Shown: positions 25,338 through 27,962 of the stretch, piece after piece
Position numbering within the stretch: the first letter of the stretch is position 1
Layout of the letters: every line of letters starts with the position of its first letter
Assembly: GCA_042217585.1 (NCBI GenBank)
Contig: JBDGSJ010000001.1
Location: 22,777-50,738 of the forward strand
DNA: 27,962 bases
Reading direction: 5' to 3'
Origin: Candidatus Nanohaloarchaea archaeon
GTDB taxonomy: Archaea > Nanohalarchaeota > Nanosalinia > Nanosalinales > Nanosalinaceae
Position numbers and translations under genes: made by a program
Notes under the pieces: model-generated
What the model was told of the DNA's origin: nothing
The model's input: only the letters and a program-made list of their open reading frames with translations
Databases searched by the model: none

Positions 25338-27110
25338 ATTTCAATAGTCATCGGGGCTCTAAAGCGCAGTACACAAGGCCCCGATGTACGAAATTTATTA
25401 TCAGGAAAAAACTCTTCTTTCCTCGAAAAAGATACCTCGAAAGGTAAACTGGTACTCGGGTTCCAGGAGGGCAATAAAACACCAAAGGGCTCCGGAGACC
25501 AGCCTTTAACGTCAAATAGATATCATCTTGTTTTCAGCGGAAGAATAGATAACAGGGAAAAACTTGCTCCCGACAAAGAAGAGGTTCCTGACTCAGAACT
25601 CTTTCTATCCCTCCTGAATCAAAAGAGCATCACGTCATTGAAAGAAATCGTAGGGGCGTTCAGTGCCATCGTCTGGGATCGCAGGAAGGAAAAAATGTTT
25701 CTCATGAGAGACAAGACGGGAATAAGACATCTCTACTACAGTGAGAATGATAACCTGATTGCCTCTAACCACATTGGCAAACTACTTAGTTCGGAGACTG
25801 TGGAGCATAAACCCAACAAAAAAGTCGTAGCTGAACACCTTATTGGGGATCCTGTTAAACGCTCAGAAACATTCTATAAAGGCGTGATGTCGGTCAGAAA
25901 CGGATCAGTAGTCAAGATAGACGAAAATATATCTCGGAAAAAATACTGGCGCCCGGGGAATCGTTCAGAACAGTTAGATAAAATGAACGAAAAGGAACTG
26001 GTCCAGGAACTTAGATCTCTACTGGAAAGAGCTGTCAGGGACCGTATGAGGTCTTCAAAAAGCTCAAAAATCGGTGTGATGATGAGCGGAGGCAAGGACT
26101 CCACCTCTTTAGCCTATATCGCCGATAAAATTGAGGATATATCAGTCTGTTCAATAACCTTCCCGGAATTACCCGATATGGATGAGAGCAATATGATAAA
26201 TACTGTGGCAAGCGATCTAGATGGAGAGTTCTATGAATTCGATGGAAGTGAAAAATGGGCACTGAAACAAATCGACCCATACAGAGAAGCTGCTGTATGC
26301 GGTCCAAGGTTCGACTCCAATGTCTTCCTGAATAAGGATTTTTACAATTACTGTTCCAAGAACAACCTTGACATATTAGTAACTGGCATGGGAGGAAATT
26401 TGCTGGATGGAACTAGAATCAAGTACTGGGACCTTTTGAGATCGGGAAAACTTGGGACATTGGCCCGAGAAATATTCATGGATCCTGTTAATTCAGAGAA
26501 AATCCTGTACTGGTACATACTGAAGCCTCTGGCATCCAGCATCTTGAAAAGAGAGCTGGAAATCCCGGCGTGGATAAGCGAGAAGACTACCGAAAAGATC
26601 AAGAGAAATCATGAAGAAAGACGGTACGCTCCTTCCCTTCAGGTTGAATACAGGAACTACTTCGGACCACACAGATTCCTAAGCCTTGATGCAGAGAACA
26701 TCCTCGCTGATAATTTTAATATAGAGTTCAGGGAACCATTCTATGATTCCCGTCTCGTTGATTTCATATTTTCTCTACCAGTGGGCTATCGAATGAGGAA
26801 AGGCGAGAAAAAATACCTTTTCAAAAAATCCATGAGAGGCCTAGTGCCAGATAAAATAATAGAGCAGGAAAAGGATACCAGCCTTGATCCTCTCACAGAA
26901 AAGGGATTCAGAGAAAAGGAAAAATCCCAGCTAAAAACTTTACTACTGGATAATCCCGAACTAATCAAGAGAAGTTACGTCAAACCTGAAAAATTTAGAA
27001 GCTACGTAAGATCCTATTTAGAAGAGAAAAATGGAGAAACACAGAAGTTCTGGAAGGTGGTGGCCACTGAAATATGGCTGAGAACCATAGAAAACAGGTC
27101 AATGGAATGA
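25338..27110 (+). CDS. Asparagine synthetase B-like / lasso cyclase-like ATP-dependent amide-forming enzyme
   Basis: Frame is open from 25278. Upstream of the track start lie 'DQPL...LVFSGRIDNREKL...DSEL'; then 'GAFSAIVWD', 'RDKTGIRHLYY', PP-loop 'MSGGKDST', 'DES', 'LVTGMGGN', 'FREPFYD', 'KYLFKKSMRGLVP'. Start placed at ATT 25338 by inference. Confidence 0.85.
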   Translation: MSIVIGALKRSTQGPDVRNLLSGKNSSFLEKDTSKGKLVLGFQEGNKTPKGSGDQPLTSNRYHLVFSGRIDNREKLAPDKEEVPDSELFLSLLNQKSITSLKEIVGAFSAIVWDRRKEKMFLMRDKTGIRHLYYSENDNLIASNHIGKLLSSETVEHKPNKKVVAEHLIGDPVKRSETFYKGVMSVRNGSVVKIDENISRKKYWRPGNRSEQLDKMNEKELVQELRSLLERAVRDRMRSSKSSKIGVMMSGGKDSTSLAYIADKIEDISVCSITFPELPDMDESNMINTVASDLDGEFYEFDGSEKWALKQIDPYREAAVCGPRFDSNVFLNKDFYNYCSKNNLDILVTGMGGNLLDGTRIKYWDLLRSGKLGTLAREIFMDPVNSEKILYWYILKPLASSILKRELEIPAWISEKTTEKIKRNHEERRYAPSLQVEYRNYFGPHRFLSLDAENILADNFNIEFREPFYDSRLVDFIFSLPVGYRMRKGEKKYLFKKSMRGLVPDKIIEQEKDTSLDPLTEKGFREKEKSQLKTLLLDNPELIKRSYVKPEKFRSYVRSYLEEKNGETQKFWKVVATEIWLRTIENRSME

Positions 27111-27781
27111 GCAAATTTTACGAAGATTATCCAGATCTCTACGACTGTCTCTACAGTCAGGAGCTCCATGAAGACTTCGTTAACTTCGTCCTACAAAATA
27201 TCGATCTTGAAACGGATGAATCTTTGCTTTCAGTCGGATGCGGAACAGGAGAAAAGGTAAAAATGCTTGAAAACTCAGGTATGGACGTAACTGGCTTAGA
27301 ACCAGCACAAAAATCTTTTGAAAAGGCGAAAGAGAAGACTTCTGCAGATCTCAGGAAAGATTCCATACCGAATTCGGATCTGGAAAGCCGATTCGATGTT
27401 GTGGTAGCACTGTTCTCTGTCCTCAATCACATCGATACCGACAGAATAGAGAATTCGATCCGAGAGCTTTACTCTCTAACCTCTGAAGGCGGAACCCTGA
27501 TATTCGATATCCGATCTTTTCCCGAAGACCCTGGATGGACATTAGAACTTTTCGGAAGCGGGCTGGAAAAAAATATCAAGGCCGAGAAAATCACAAGAAA
27601 AGAGTCCTCTTTTGTCAGAAAAACGGCAGTAGTAGGACCCAGAGGTATTTTCTTGGACAAGGTTGAATTTACGGCGCTGGAGGAATCCAATATACGATCA
27701 ATACTGGATGAAATGGAGTGTGATTACTCAGTCCACCGGGAACACAGAACCGAATTCATCTTCTTCGTTGTAAAGAAATAA
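27107..27781 (+). CDS. Class I SAM-dependent methyltransferase
   Basis: ATGA overlap with the upstream stop; 'YDCLY', motif I 'SVGCGTG', 'VTGLE', 'FDVVVALFSVLNH', 'EGGTLIFD'. Confidence 0.9.
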   Translation: MSKFYEDYPDLYDCLYSQELHEDFVNFVLQNIDLETDESLLSVGCGTGEKVKMLENSGMDVTGLEPAQKSFEKAKEKTSADLRKDSIPNSDLESRFDVVVALFSVLNHIDTDRIENSIRELYSLTSEGGTLIFDIRSFPEDPGWTLELFGSGLEKNIKAEKITRKESSFVRKTAVVGPRGIFLDKVEFTALEESNIRSILDEMECDYSVHREHRTEFIFFVVKK

Positions 27782-27930
27782 ACGGATTTTCAGCATTTAT
27801 ATACCGTCAAGGACCTCTGACCGGTACATGGTTATTTCTCACAGTTTTCTCCCTGTTTACCGGAGGAAAAAGCTTGGTTAAAAAGCACCCTCCAGATGCC
27901 ATCGTCGATCATCCGCCCTGTCTTTTCCTT

Positions 27931-27962
27931 TTACCTGTACTCCATAAGTTTCTCGACATCGA
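27931..27962 (-). CDS. Possible 3' end of a convergent gene entering from outside the window
   Basis: Minus frame reads ...DVEKLMEYR* with host-like codons; too short to verify. Confidence 0.3.
   Translation of the reverse strand, partial: DVEKLMEYR

Noticed and set aside
27796..27912. TTTATATA followed by a 17-aa plus ORF, and a 26-aa minus ORF
   Set aside because: Too short and featureless to support as genes or second precursors.
21836..27962. tRNA-anchored integrated element
   Set aside because: No integrase or att duplication was seen, and housekeeping genes separate the tRNA from the AT-rich cassette.

Overview
Gene-dense archaeal window, most consistent with a halophilic DPANN archaeon such as Nanohaloarchaeota. 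This is an inference from the very acidic cytoplasmic proteins, TATA boxes about 25-30 nt before start codons, archaeal pth2/truD, and an intron-containing tRNA lacking an encoded CCA. Four blocks are visible. (1) 1-12986: a cell-surface cluster of secreted or membrane-anchored Ig-like proteins around an unanchored 359-aa secreted protein and a MoxR-DUF58-vWA module. The 359-aa protein and the C-terminal domain of the 468-aa protein are visibly paralogous and look like donor-strand pilin subunits, suggesting a chaperone-assisted filament system. (2) 13072-19094: a membrane wHTH protein, a thioredoxin-fold protein and three glycosyltransferases. (3) 19112-25142: two tandem truD paralogs (one with the catalytic GxKD motif changed to ANRE), pth2, tRNA-Val(TAC) with a 40-nt intron, a HerA-like ATPase, ndk and a PspC-domain gene. 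(4) about 25150-27781: a visibly AT-richer cassette with a 48-aa Gly-rich peptide, an asparagine-synthetase/lasso-cyclase-like enzyme with no canonical start codon, and a SAM methyltransferase. The peptide has Gly1...Asp8 directly after Met, suggesting a leaderless lasso-like RiPP with a follower peptide. All family calls come from motifs read by eye; no searches were run.
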